From: an uncultured Desulfobacteraceae bacterium
Lineage (GTDB): Bacteria; Desulfobacterota; DSM-4660; Desulfatiglandales; B25-G16
DNA: 32,556 nt
NCBI GenBank assembly: GCA_964412045.1
Contig: CAYPNL010000150.1
Span: 1 to 32,556 of the forward strand
Reading direction: 5' to 3'
A program made the translations under genes and the position numbers. This document shows, piece by piece, positions 11,379 to 18,970 of this stretch (the first letter of the stretch is position 1; each line of letters starts with the position of its first letter). The notes under the pieces are model-generated. The model was not told the DNA's origin. It worked only from the letters and a program-made list of their open reading frames with translations, and made no database searches.

Positions 11379-11394
11379 TCCACTCTTTTATAAA

Positions 11395-11581
11395 TTCCCC
11401 CGCTTCAATGCCGTGTGGGCGGTTCTTTTTGAACCCAGTCTGGCTTACGTGGGCGTTTTGGTGCCCTGTTAGGTCTGTTTCGTTGTGGTACCTGAACAGA
11501 CACACAAGGGCACCTGGAAAACCCCCTTCTTAGTGGTGTTGACTCAAAAAAATCCCGCCCATCACGAACATAGCAGGGGAA
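11395..11581 (-). ncRNA. ssrS: 6S RNA (RNA polymerase-sequestering regulatory RNA); ends approximate
   Basis: Hand fold of the minus strand gives three elements. There is a long interrupted closing helix, e.g. UUCCCCUGCU (11581-11572) pairing with AGCGGGGGAA (11404-11395). A large central bubble has strands AACACCACUAAGAA and ACGUAAGCCAGACUG. A 76-nt terminal hairpin lies at 11526-11451. The position directly after zapA matches the E. coli zapA-ssrS synteny. Confidence 0.7.
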
Positions 11582-11585
11582 AAGG

Positions 11586-11888
11586 TTACTGCAATACCGT
11601 GTTTAGGTTTAGCATCAATCTCTGGGACCTGTTATTGATTTCCCGGAGCAGATCCTCCTTTTCTTTTATGGTTTGAAAATAATCTCCCGCGATATCAAGG
11701 GCTGCCAGAATGGCTGTCTTCTCATTGTTGAGGCCTTTGCTTGCGCTGCTTATGTCCCTGAGCTTTTGATCCACATATGCGGCCACCTTTAACATCCGCT
11801 CCTTATCGTCCGTTCCCCTTATGTCGTATTCCCTGTCCCTTATCTTGATCGTAACTGTCTCGTTCGCAGTGCTCATCGTTTTACGCAT
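11586..11888 (-). CDS. zapA: Cell division protein ZapA
   Basis: 100 aa. VTIKIRDREYDIRG...AAYVDQKLRDI... then a C-terminal coiled coil. The start abuts the stop of the upstream coiled-coil gene. Confidence 0.85.
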   Translation of the reverse strand: MRKTMSTANETVTIKIRDREYDIRGTDDKERMLKVAAYVDQKLRDISSASKGLNNEKTAILAALDIAGDYFQTIKEKEDLLREINNRSQRLMLNLNTVLQ

Positions 11889-12119
11889 TCACGCACACTC
11901 CTCTATTTTCCTCAAAAGCCGGGCTATCCTCTCCCGCACGGCTTCTCTACCGGCCATCAGGCCTTCCGTCTCCTTCTTGAGCGAACGCAATTCCTCCCCT
12001 CCCTCTTGGACCCGCCTCTCTAAGGTAACATTCTCCTCTTTCAGGGAATTCACCAGCGAGATAAGTGCCTCTACCCTCTGCTCCAACAGTTCAAATTGAT
12101 CTAATTCATCTGTTTCCAT
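11889..12119 (-). CDS. zapB: ZapB-like coiled-coil cell division protein
   Basis: ORF 11889..12143. The probable start is METDELDQFELLE at 12119, because the GTG at 12143 lies at or upstream of the predicted TSS. Entirely heptad coiled coil and immediately upstream of zapA. Confidence 0.55.
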   Translation of the reverse strand: METDELDQFELLEQRVEALISLVNSLKEENVTLERRVQEGGEELRSLKKETEGLMAGREAVRERIARLLRKIEECA

Positions 12120-12147
12120 ACATAGCCATATGAGGATAACCACTTTT

Positions 12148-12175
12148 ACTATATCGAATTGTAATAGAAAGTCAA
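12148..12175 (-). promoter_or_regulatory. Sigma70-like promoter for zapB-like/zapA/6S (TTGACT-16 nt-TATAGT)
   Basis: Minus strand: TTGACT (12175-12170), 16-nt spacer, TATAGT (12153-12148). Near-consensus hexamers in an AT-rich patch. Confidence 0.5.
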
Positions 12176-12291
12176 GCGATAAGAAGGCGGGCTTATGGCA
12201 GCCTCAGGGTCAAGGGTTTCTCTATGGTATGGTCCTGAGGGTGGCGCATCGGTCCAAGTAAGGACGGATTCTTGGGAAGGGGTTCATTGGC

Positions 12292-12456
12292 CTAGAGCGC
12301 CTTAAGCAAACGCCATAGAAAGAAGAGGACTCCCACAACCAGGCCGAAGATAGCGCAAACCTGGGCAACCAAGAAGAGGTAAAACAGCTTCTCCCGGGTA
12401 TCCCTCGCGCGGTTATGCGGTATCTTCCTTGTTCTTGCCTCATGCTGTATGGTCAT
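12292..12456 (-). CDS. Hypothetical 54-aa single-pass membrane peptide (below the ORF-track cutoff)
   Basis: Hand translation: MTIQHEARTRKIPHNRARDTREKLFYLFLVAQVCAIFGLVVGVLFFLWRLLKAL. It has a basic N-terminus and one clean TM helix. There is no convincing SD, and no homology can be assessed. Confidence 0.3.
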   Translation of the reverse strand: MTIQHEARTRKIPHNRARDTREKLFYLFLVAQVCAIFGLVVGVLFFLWRLLKAL

Positions 12457-12553
12457 TTGCTCAGAATTCGAAGGTATCGCGGTTGAGGGGAGTTTTTATC
12501 TCCGCTTTCCGACGTGAAGGTACGACTAAACCATGGCGGTACATCTGCGTAAT

Positions 12554-13213
12554 TTACATCCTCTCTGCTTGCTTTTTTCTCGCCTCTAAGGATGCCTTTA
12601 TCTTCTTTAACCGAAGGAAGCTCTCCCTTTCTATCTCTTCCATCCTCATCTCTATATGCTTAATCGTGGCCTTGAGCCTTGGGATGACGATATACTCCAA
12701 TGCATTCACACGCCTCTTGGTCTTTTCTACCTCCTGAGCGATCCTCCTCACGGACTCTTCCACTTCTGCAAGCTTCACGATTAAGGAGAGGGCCTCCTCG
12801 AAGCCCTTGGCGGCATCATCGAGCTTCGCGTTGGTATTCAGCAAGCCGTATCCCCTCTCATGGACCTTTCGGACTAGATCTCCGATCTCCATAACGGGAA
12901 CTGAGACGCCCATTATGTTTCTCGCAATAACACCTAGGCTTATATCCCTTGCACCTATTGCGCCTATCTGCTCAATTTCTCGGCTTCCCAACAGAACCTC
13001 CGCCATAAGGAGATCCTGAAAGGCTCCGTTCAGGTGTTCTTCTGCCCGTCTTCTCGACTCCTTGTACTGCTGGATCACTACCATGAACTCGGAAATCAAA
13101 GCATCACGCTTCTCCTTTAAGAGCTTGTGTCCCTTATCGGCGAGCTTCACCCTTCTTCTGAGCTTCAGAAGTTCCATCCTCGTAGGCTTTACGTTCTGGA
13201 GAATCTCTGCCAT
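12554..13213 (-). CDS. atpD: V-type (A/V) ATP synthase subunit D
   Basis: 219 aa. PTRMELLKLRRRVKLADKGHKLLKEKRDAL N-terminal coiled coil typical of subunit D. Last gene of the operon. Confidence 0.93.
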   Translation of the reverse strand: MAEILQNVKPTRMELLKLRRRVKLADKGHKLLKEKRDALISEFMVVIQQYKESRRRAEEHLNGAFQDLLMAEVLLGSREIEQIGAIGARDISLGVIARNIMGVSVPVMEIGDLVRKVHERGYGLLNTNAKLDDAAKGFEEALSLIVKLAEVEESVRRIAQEVEKTKRRVNALEYIVIPRLKATIKHIEMRMEEIERESFLRLKKIKASLEARKKQAERM

Positions 13214-13233
13214 GGGCTACTCTCTTGCCTGCA

Positions 13234-14634
13234 CTAACGATTTCCCTTGTAGTATTGCTTCACGAATTTATCATCGATCCTCTTAAGCTCACCCTCTGGA
13301 AGCACGGACAACAGATCCCATCCCAGATCGAGCGTCTGTTCAATGGTCCTGTTTTCATTCGCCCCCTGGGCAACAAACCTCTCCTCGAATGTATCCGCGA
13401 ACCTCAAATTGAGACGATCCCTCTCGCTTAATGCTTCCTCGCCTACTACTGCTACGAGGCTACGGACATCTCTTCCTTCTGCATATGCGGAGTAGCATTG
13501 GTCGGACACCCCTAAGTGATCCGCCCTCGTCCTGCCCTCACCGATACCCTCATTCATGAGCCTCGAAAGGCTCGGAAGGACATCAACCGGAGGGTAAATC
13601 CCCTTTCTGTGCAACTCCCGAGAGAGCACGAATTGTCCCTCGGTAATATATCCGGTGAGATCCGGGACCGGGTGGGTGATATCATCATCGGGCATGGTGA
13701 GTATCGGCATCTGTGTTATAGATCCTTTTTTCCCTGTGATCCTTCCTGCCCGCTCATAATGGGTGGCGAGATCAGTGTACATATACCCCGGATACCCTCT
13801 TCTCCCGGGAACCTCTTCCCGTGCGGATGAGATCTCTCTCAGCGCCTCACAGTAATTGGTCATATCCGTGAGGATCACCAGTACATGGGTGTCATAAGTA
13901 AAGGCGAGGAACTCCGCGGCTGTGAGTGCCATTCGAGGCGTGATAATTCTCTCTATGGCAGGATCATCTGCGAGATTGATGAATGAAACGATCCTCTCAA
14001 GAGCCCCCGAGGATTCAAAGCTTTTCATGAAGAAATTCGCCTCCTCATGGGTGATGCCCATAGCGGCAAAGATCACGCTAAACGGTTCTTCCGAGCCCAA
14101 GACCGTTGCCTGCCGCGCTATCTGTGCGGCGAGCTCGTTGTGAGGTAAGCCCGCGCCGGAAAATATGGGGAGCTTCTGCCCTCTGACCAACGTATTCATC
14201 CCGTCGATGGTGGAAATACCGGTCTGGATGAACTCGTTCGGGTAAGCCCGTGCTGTTGGGTTGATGGCCGCGCCTGTAATAGGTAGCCGTAACTCCGGAA
14301 TAACCTCCGGTCCCCCATCGATAGGCCTGCCCAAGCCGTCGAAAGACCGCCCGAGTATCTCTTTGGAGACCGAGAGCCTCATGATATCCCCGGAGAATCT
14401 CACTGCCGTCAGATCCGTATCAAGCCCCCTTGTCCCCTCAAATACCTGGATAATGGCTCTGTTCTCTTGTGATTCCAACACCTGTCCCATTCTGCTGTCG
14501 CCCCCGGGAGTCCGTATATGAACCACCTCGCCATAGGCCACCTCCTCCACACCCTCGATGATCATGAGGGGGCCGGCAACCTGGGTGACCGACCGATATT
14601 CCCTTGCCTTGATATCCCTTGCCTTTTCCTTCAT
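13234..14634 (-). CDS. atpB: V-type ATP synthase subunit B
   Basis: 466 aa. [24 protein letters not shown] and other A/V-type B-subunit motifs. Confidence 0.97.
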   Translation of the reverse strand: MKEKARDIKAREYRSVTQVAGPLMIIEGVEEVAYGEVVHIRTPGGDSRMGQVLESQENRAIIQVFEGTRGLDTDLTAVRFSGDIMRLSVSKEILGRSFDGLGRPIDGGPEVIPELRLPITGAAINPTARAYPNEFIQTGISTIDGMNTLVRGQKLPIFSGAGLPHNELAAQIARQATVLGSEEPFSVIFAAMGITHEEANFFMKSFESSGALERIVSFINLADDPAIERIITPRMALTAAEFLAFTYDTHVLVILTDMTNYCEALREISSAREEVPGRRGYPGYMYTDLATHYERAGRITGKKGSITQMPILTMPDDDITHPVPDLTGYITEGQFVLSRELHRKGIYPPVDVLPSLSRLMNEGIGEGRTRADHLGVSDQCYSAYAEGRDVRSLVAVVGEEALSERDRLNLRFADTFEERFVAQGANENRTIEQTLDLGWDLLSVLPEGELKRIDDKFVKQYYKGNR

Positions 14635-16400
14635 CTTTGATCTCCCAGCGATTGAAATTCTCCCTCAATGGACCTTACCAACGCCTCATACCTCTGCGGA
14701 AAATCGGGATTCGGGGCATACTTCATCCTGGCTATCTCGTCCTTAACCTTCACCGCCGCGATCCTGCTCGCCATAATGCCAGAACTGATTGCCTTTTTTA
14801 CTTCCTCGTAGAATCGTTTAATGACCTTTAACATTAAATACTGCTTCTCCTTGGAGCAGTAAGAATCGACCTCGTGATAGGCGTGTTGCTGGAGGTAGTC
14901 TTCCCTGATCATCCTCGCCACCTCCAACAGTGCCCTGTCAGCCTCAGGCAAGGCATCCTGGCCGACCAGCTGAACGATTTCCTGGAGTTCCGCCTCCTTT
15001 TCCAGAATGGTCATCATCTCCCCTCTGAGTGTCTGGAACTCCTTATCCACGTTCTTGTCAAACCACGGCTTCACGAAGTCCAAATAGAGCGAGTAGCTCG
15101 TCAACCAGTTGATTGCCGGGAAATGCCTGCGGTCCGCCAGGTTGGTGTCCAACGCCCAAAAGGAGCTCACTACCCGCAAGGTGTTTTGAGCAACCGGCTC
15201 AGAAAAATCCCCTCCCGGTGGTGAAACGGCGCCGATAATCGAAACGGATCCCAACCTTTTTTCCTTGCCCAAGGTCACGACCCTGCCAGCCCTCTCATAG
15301 AAATCGGCAAGCCTCGTGCCCAAATATGCGGGAAACCCCTCCTCACCCGGCATCTCTTCCAGTCTCCCTGAGATCTCCCTGAGCGCCTCTGCCCACCGTG
15401 ATGTCGAGTCGGCCATCAAAGCTACGTCATACCCCATATCCCTGTAATACTCTGCAATAGTAACCCCCGTATAGATCGAGGCCTCCCTGGCTGCCACCGG
15501 CATATTTGAGGTGTTTGCGATTAGGGTAGATCGCTCCATCAATTTTTCCCCGGTGCTCGGATCGTCCAGCTCCGGAAAGGTGATGAGAACCTCGGTCATC
15601 TCATTGCCCCTCTCTCCGCAGCCGACGTACACGACGATTTGCGAGTCAGACCACTTCGCAAGCTGGTGCTGGCTAACCGTTTTGCCGGTCCCAAATCCGC
15701 CGGGAATAGCTGCAGTGCCACCCTTGGCTATGGGGAAAAAGGTGTCGTATATCCTCTGGCCCGTTAGCAGGGGCACCTCCGGGTCGAGCTTCTTCTTGAG
15801 GGGCCTTCCTATCCGTACCGGCCACTTTTGTTTCATCGTTAGCTCATGCCTCTCGCCCCCGTCCTCGAGAACAGCGATAACCTCATCAACCGAAAAACTT
15901 CCTGCCCTGATCTCCGCCACCTTTCCCTTCTTTCCCGGCGGTACCATCACCTTGTGGAGTATTACCTTAGATTCCTGCACCTCCCCCAGGATGTCTCCCT
16001 CGATGAGCTCATCACCCTTCTTTTGAGTAGGACTGAAATCCCATTTCTTGTCAGGATCGAGGCCTGGAACGTTTATTCCCCTTGTTATAAAGTCCCCTGC
16101 CTGATTCTTGATCTCTAACAGCGGCCTTTGTATCCCGTCATAAAAATTGGTAATGATGCCCGGGCCAAGCTCCACTGAAAGGGGGACACCTGTCCTCACG
16201 ACCTCTTCTCCCGGTTTCAGTCCGGTTGTATCCTCGTAAACCTGCACATATGCCAAGTCCCCTATAAGCTTTATCGTTTCCCCCATCAGTCCTTCCCGGC
16301 CTACTCTCACCACCTCATACATCTCACAGCCCCGCATACCCTTTGCGATGACCAGTGGGCCGGCAATACTCTGGATTTTCCCCGTGCTTGTGTCTGTCAT
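14631..16400 (-). CDS. atpA: V-type ATP synthase catalytic subunit A
   Basis: 589 aa. P-loop [33 protein letters not shown] and the non-homologous insert region. 4-nt overlap with atpB. The length argues against an intein. Confidence 0.97.
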   Translation of the reverse strand: MTDTSTGKIQSIAGPLVIAKGMRGCEMYEVVRVGREGLMGETIKLIGDLAYVQVYEDTTGLKPGEEVVRTGVPLSVELGPGIITNFYDGIQRPLLEIKNQAGDFITRGINVPGLDPDKKWDFSPTQKKGDELIEGDILGEVQESKVILHKVMVPPGKKGKVAEIRAGSFSVDEVIAVLEDGGERHELTMKQKWPVRIGRPLKKKLDPEVPLLTGQRIYDTFFPIAKGGTAAIPGGFGTGKTVSQHQLAKWSDSQIVVYVGCGERGNEMTEVLITFPELDDPSTGEKLMERSTLIANTSNMPVAAREASIYTGVTIAEYYRDMGYDVALMADSTSRWAEALREISGRLEEMPGEEGFPAYLGTRLADFYERAGRVVTLGKEKRLGSVSIIGAVSPPGGDFSEPVAQNTLRVVSSFWALDTNLADRRHFPAINWLTSYSLYLDFVKPWFDKNVDKEFQTLRGEMMTILEKEAELQEIVQLVGQDALPEADRALLEVARMIREDYLQQHAYHEVDSYCSKEKQYLMLKVIKRFYEEVKKAISSGIMASRIAAVKVKDEIARMKYAPNPDFPQRYEALVRSIEGEFQSLGDQR

Positions 16401-16410
16401 AATACCCTCA

Positions 16411-16734
16411 TTATGTTATTTCAAATCCAACGGTTTTCTTGATAAGCGCTCTGATAGGGTCAGGTCTCGTGAGCAAAGGCCCTCTGCTATCTGGAATCTC
16501 CACTAAAATAGGCGTTATCCCCTGTTTAAACCTCGTGGCCTCCTCAAGCAATTCCCCGAGCTCTTGCGCCGCCCCTTCGGTAACCAAGAGAAGGGCGATC
16601 TCTCCGCTGAAAAGCTTCCTCAGCAGCCCCCTTACATCTCCTTTTCGCACCTCATCGATCAGAAAAGTCCTGCGGATTCCTGCCAGCCTGAAGCCATGAA
16701 CCGTGTGTCTGTCACCTATCAAAGCAATATCCAT
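16411..16734 (-). CDS. atpF: V-type ATP synthase subunit F
   Basis: 107 aa. [19 protein letters not shown]-terminus typical of subunit F. Lies between C and A. Confidence 0.85.
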   Translation of the reverse strand: MDIALIGDRHTVHGFRLAGIRRTFLIDEVRKGDVRGLLRKLFSGEIALLLVTEGAAQELGELLEEATRFKQGITPILVEIPDSRGPLLTRPDPIRALIKKTVGFEIT

Positions 16735-16736
16735 TG

Positions 16737-17774
16737 CTACCTCGTCACCGTCTCCCGTATGGTCTCTCTGTCGAGGTCTACTTCGGTGCTTCTCACAACG
16801 GCCAAGAGGCCTTTGACCTCTGCCTCCTTGGATGTGATAAACCCGATGAGAGGCCCGGGCCCAAAAGGCTTTTTCCTCCTGATATCCTCGGCCTTCTGTG
16901 CCACGAGATTGTCGAGGGCTACTTCAAATGGAAAGACCGAACCAGTCCTCTCATGTTCCGTCTGAGCGCTCAACAAAGGCTCAAAATAGATGGTATCCTC
17001 CAGGAGCGATATAAGGCCGGATAATTCCTCCTCATCAAAGGCAGCTGTTATCTCGTGTGTGAGCGGGCACTCGGGGATCAAAAGAGGTCCCACATCCTCC
17101 AGGGAAAGACCCTCATTCTTTGCCCTCAGGATCATCTTAAGGTTGTGGGTCTCCGTATATGTCTGGATGAACTCCCTGAATTCCTTCAGGCTCTTCGACT
17201 TTATGACCTTTGCCGAAAGCTCCGCCCAGAAGATCTTGTCCAACAAGGCCTCCAGGAAAAACAGGTTGTTCGTCGCGTTATATCTAGCCAGCCCCTCCGT
17301 GAGCGCCTGGTAGGGAGTTTTCGTCAGCAGTGCGACAAATCCATCTATTCCCTCCGCTTCGATGAGGCCCTTCAGGAAGGCAAGATCAAACTCTCCGCCC
17401 TCCACGAGGGATTCCACAATCTCCTCCTTCCTCAGGTCCCCGTGGATCCCCCGCATGATCGTCCTCAGATTCATCACATCCCATCTTCTCAAGAGGTATT
17501 CCCGTATCGGCCATGCGCCCTTGGGCATGATATCTGAGATCTCCTTGGCCAGCGCGGAGAACTCCTCCAGGATTGAATTTTCCAGCTCCTTTGCCTCATG
17601 CGTTGCACCCTCTGCGAGGTAAGGGAAATAGTCCGTTCCCTCCAACAGGGAGGCTACCTCTGCCGGTGAGGTGCACCCCCATAGATCATCCCATCTCGTC
17701 GGAGATATGAACTTCCCCTCCTTTGCCATCACCTTCGCGTTTATGTAAAGATATGAGAGGACATCCTTGATCAC
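16737..17774 (-). CDS. atpC: V-type ATP synthase subunit C (eukaryotic d-like)
   Basis: 345 aa, all-helical. Canonical position between E and F. 4-nt overlap with atpE. Confidence 0.85.
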   Translation of the reverse strand: MIKDVLSYLYINAKVMAKEGKFISPTRWDDLWGCTSPAEVASLLEGTDYFPYLAEGATHEAKELENSILEEFSALAKEISDIMPKGAWPIREYLLRRWDVMNLRTIMRGIHGDLRKEEIVESLVEGGEFDLAFLKGLIEAEGIDGFVALLTKTPYQALTEGLARYNATNNLFFLEALLDKIFWAELSAKVIKSKSLKEFREFIQTYTETHNLKMILRAKNEGLSLEDVGPLLIPECPLTHEITAAFDEEELSGLISLLEDTIYFEPLLSAQTEHERTGSVFPFEVALDNLVAQKAEDIRRKKPFGPGPLIGFITSKEAEVKGLLAVVRSTEVDLDRETIRETVTR

Positions 17775-18421
17775 AGTTCATCCCCAAATAGCAGCCTGGC
17801 AACATCGACCCGTATGCTCTCCCTCAAGCGGTCCAGTTTTGCCTCAAGCGTGTTGTCAACCTGAAGCTGTTTTTGCAAGTCCCTTACGATAACGCCTCCG
17901 AGGCAGGAAATTGCCGTATTCGCAAGGGAAAGGGATATATCCCTTTCCGTCTTCTTCTTCACAAAACGAGAAAGCTCCTCCATCATCTTCTCGTCGAATC
18001 TGTCGCTGTCCCGTCTGTTTACGGCGAGTTCCACCTTCTCACCTGCAACGATCTCACAGGCAGATGCCACGAGGCTGAACAAGATATCCTTATACACAAG
18101 GTGATCCTGCTCTCCCTTTTCGGCCACTTCCTCTAAAACCGTGATAACTGCCTCAAATGAGGCGGCAATCGCCTCTTCTTGAGCATCCATCTTCCTTCGT
18201 CTCGCCTCGAGCTTCTTCTCGGCGATTATCCTCTGGCTTTCGAGTGCGGCAATCCTCTTTCCCTGGGACAGAATCTTTTGCGCCTCTTCTTCAGCCTTTT
18301 GCTGGGCGGCCTTCTTGATACTCTCGGCCTCTGCATGGGCCTCTTGAAGCACCGCTGATATCTCTCTGTCCACATGTGCCTTAATGTGGGATATTATCTT
18401 GTCAATGCCTTTATCCGACAT
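17771..18421 (-). CDS. atpE: V-type ATP synthase subunit E (peripheral stalk)
   Basis: ORF 17771..18472 starts at a TTG. ATG 18421 (MSDKGIDKII) is preferred because it follows AGGGGAG. Long N-terminal coiled coil and globular C-terminus. Confidence 0.8.
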   Translation of the reverse strand: MSDKGIDKIISHIKAHVDREISAVLQEAHAEAESIKKAAQQKAEEEAQKILSQGKRIAALESQRIIAEKKLEARRRKMDAQEEAIAASFEAVITVLEEVAEKGEQDHLVYKDILFSLVASACEIVAGEKVELAVNRRDSDRFDEKMMEELSRFVKKKTERDISLSLANTAISCLGGVIVRDLQKQLQVDNTLEAKLDRLRESIRVDVARLLFGDEL

Positions 18422-18468
18422 GTCTCCCCTCGTCTCCAAAGAACGGGCGCTATCGGCAAGCCCTGAGA

Positions 18469-18954
18469 TCAACCTCCCATGACCTTTGTTCCCACAAAGA
18501 TCAATATGGCGATGAGCAGACCGAAAATAGCAAAGGTCTCAGCCATGACAGCGAGCACAACCGCCTGACCGAAGGTCTCCGCCCTCTTCGCTACAGCGCC
18601 CATGCCGCTCGCGGCAATAGCACCCTGGGCAATGGCCGTAAAACTACTCAGCCCGATCACAATCCCTCCGGCGAGGGCCGCGTAGCCCATCCCCAGGGGA
18701 ATATCCTTTGCCGCACCGCCGAGAACGCCAACGCCGATAAGGATCAATACGGCCCCCAAAAATCCATAAATTCCCTGGGTCTGTGGGAGGGCCTGGAGTA
18801 CCAGCACGGGACCGAACTTCTTTGGGTCTTCCGATATCACCCCGGCCCCGGCAACGCCAGCTAACCCAACTCCAATGCCCGAGGCAATGGCCGCGAGGCC
18901 CATAGAAATTGCTGCCCCGATAATTGCGAATACGACCCCCATAGACAGTTCCAT
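18469..18954 (-). CDS. atpK: V-type ATP synthase proteolipid subunit K (4-TM, 16-kDa type)
   Basis: 161 aa with four Gly/Ala-rich TM helices. AAGGAGG sits 8 nt upstream. LPQTQGIYGF, IAQG and MAETFAIFG motifs align with Enterococcus hirae NtpK. Confidence 0.9.
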   Translation of the reverse strand: MELSMGVVFAIIGAAISMGLAAIASGIGVGLAGVAGAGVISEDPKKFGPVLVLQALPQTQGIYGFLGAVLILIGVGVLGGAAKDIPLGMGYAALAGGIVIGLSSFTAIAQGAIAASGMGAVAKRAETFGQAVVLAVMAETFAIFGLLIAILIFVGTKVMGG

Positions 18955-18970
18955 AATAGATACCTCCTTG

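Noticed and set aside
11257-11505. 82-aa minus-strand ORF (and 68-aa plus-strand ORF 11266..11472) in the zapA-rny spacer
   Set aside because: It starts at a GTG inside the terminal hairpin of the predicted 6S RNA and has no SD. The sequence has no recognisable family features. The region is better explained as 6S RNA plus an AT-rich leader.
11547-11556. U7 run (minus strand) shortly after zapA that looks like the tail of an intrinsic terminator
   Set aside because: There is no adequate GC stem immediately upstream (at best 4 bp across a large loop). In the 6S fold the U-run pairs with the A-run at 11426-11430.
12222-12443. 73-aa ORF downstream of atpD
   Set aside because: Arg/Ser/Pro/Trp-rich and not protein-like. 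An alternative frame gives a cleaner single-TM peptide, reported separately with low confidence.
14874-16118. Long plus-strand ORFs antisense to atpA (116, 171 and 90 aa). Similar shadow ORFs occur over purA (2215..2745), TauE (543..1079), rny (10159..10539), atpC (17055..17537), mrdA (23813..24268) and mnmE (31890..32366).
   Set aside because: All lie fully inside strongly supported genes on the opposite strand or in another frame. They have Ser/Pro/Arg-rich low-complexity composition and no SD. These are typical shadow ORFs in moderately GC-rich DNA.
14631-16400. Checked the V-ATPase A subunit for an intein or split gene
   Set aside because: 589 aa is the canonical length. The P-loop and downstream motifs are contiguous, and there is no Cys/Ser-His-Asn intein block.
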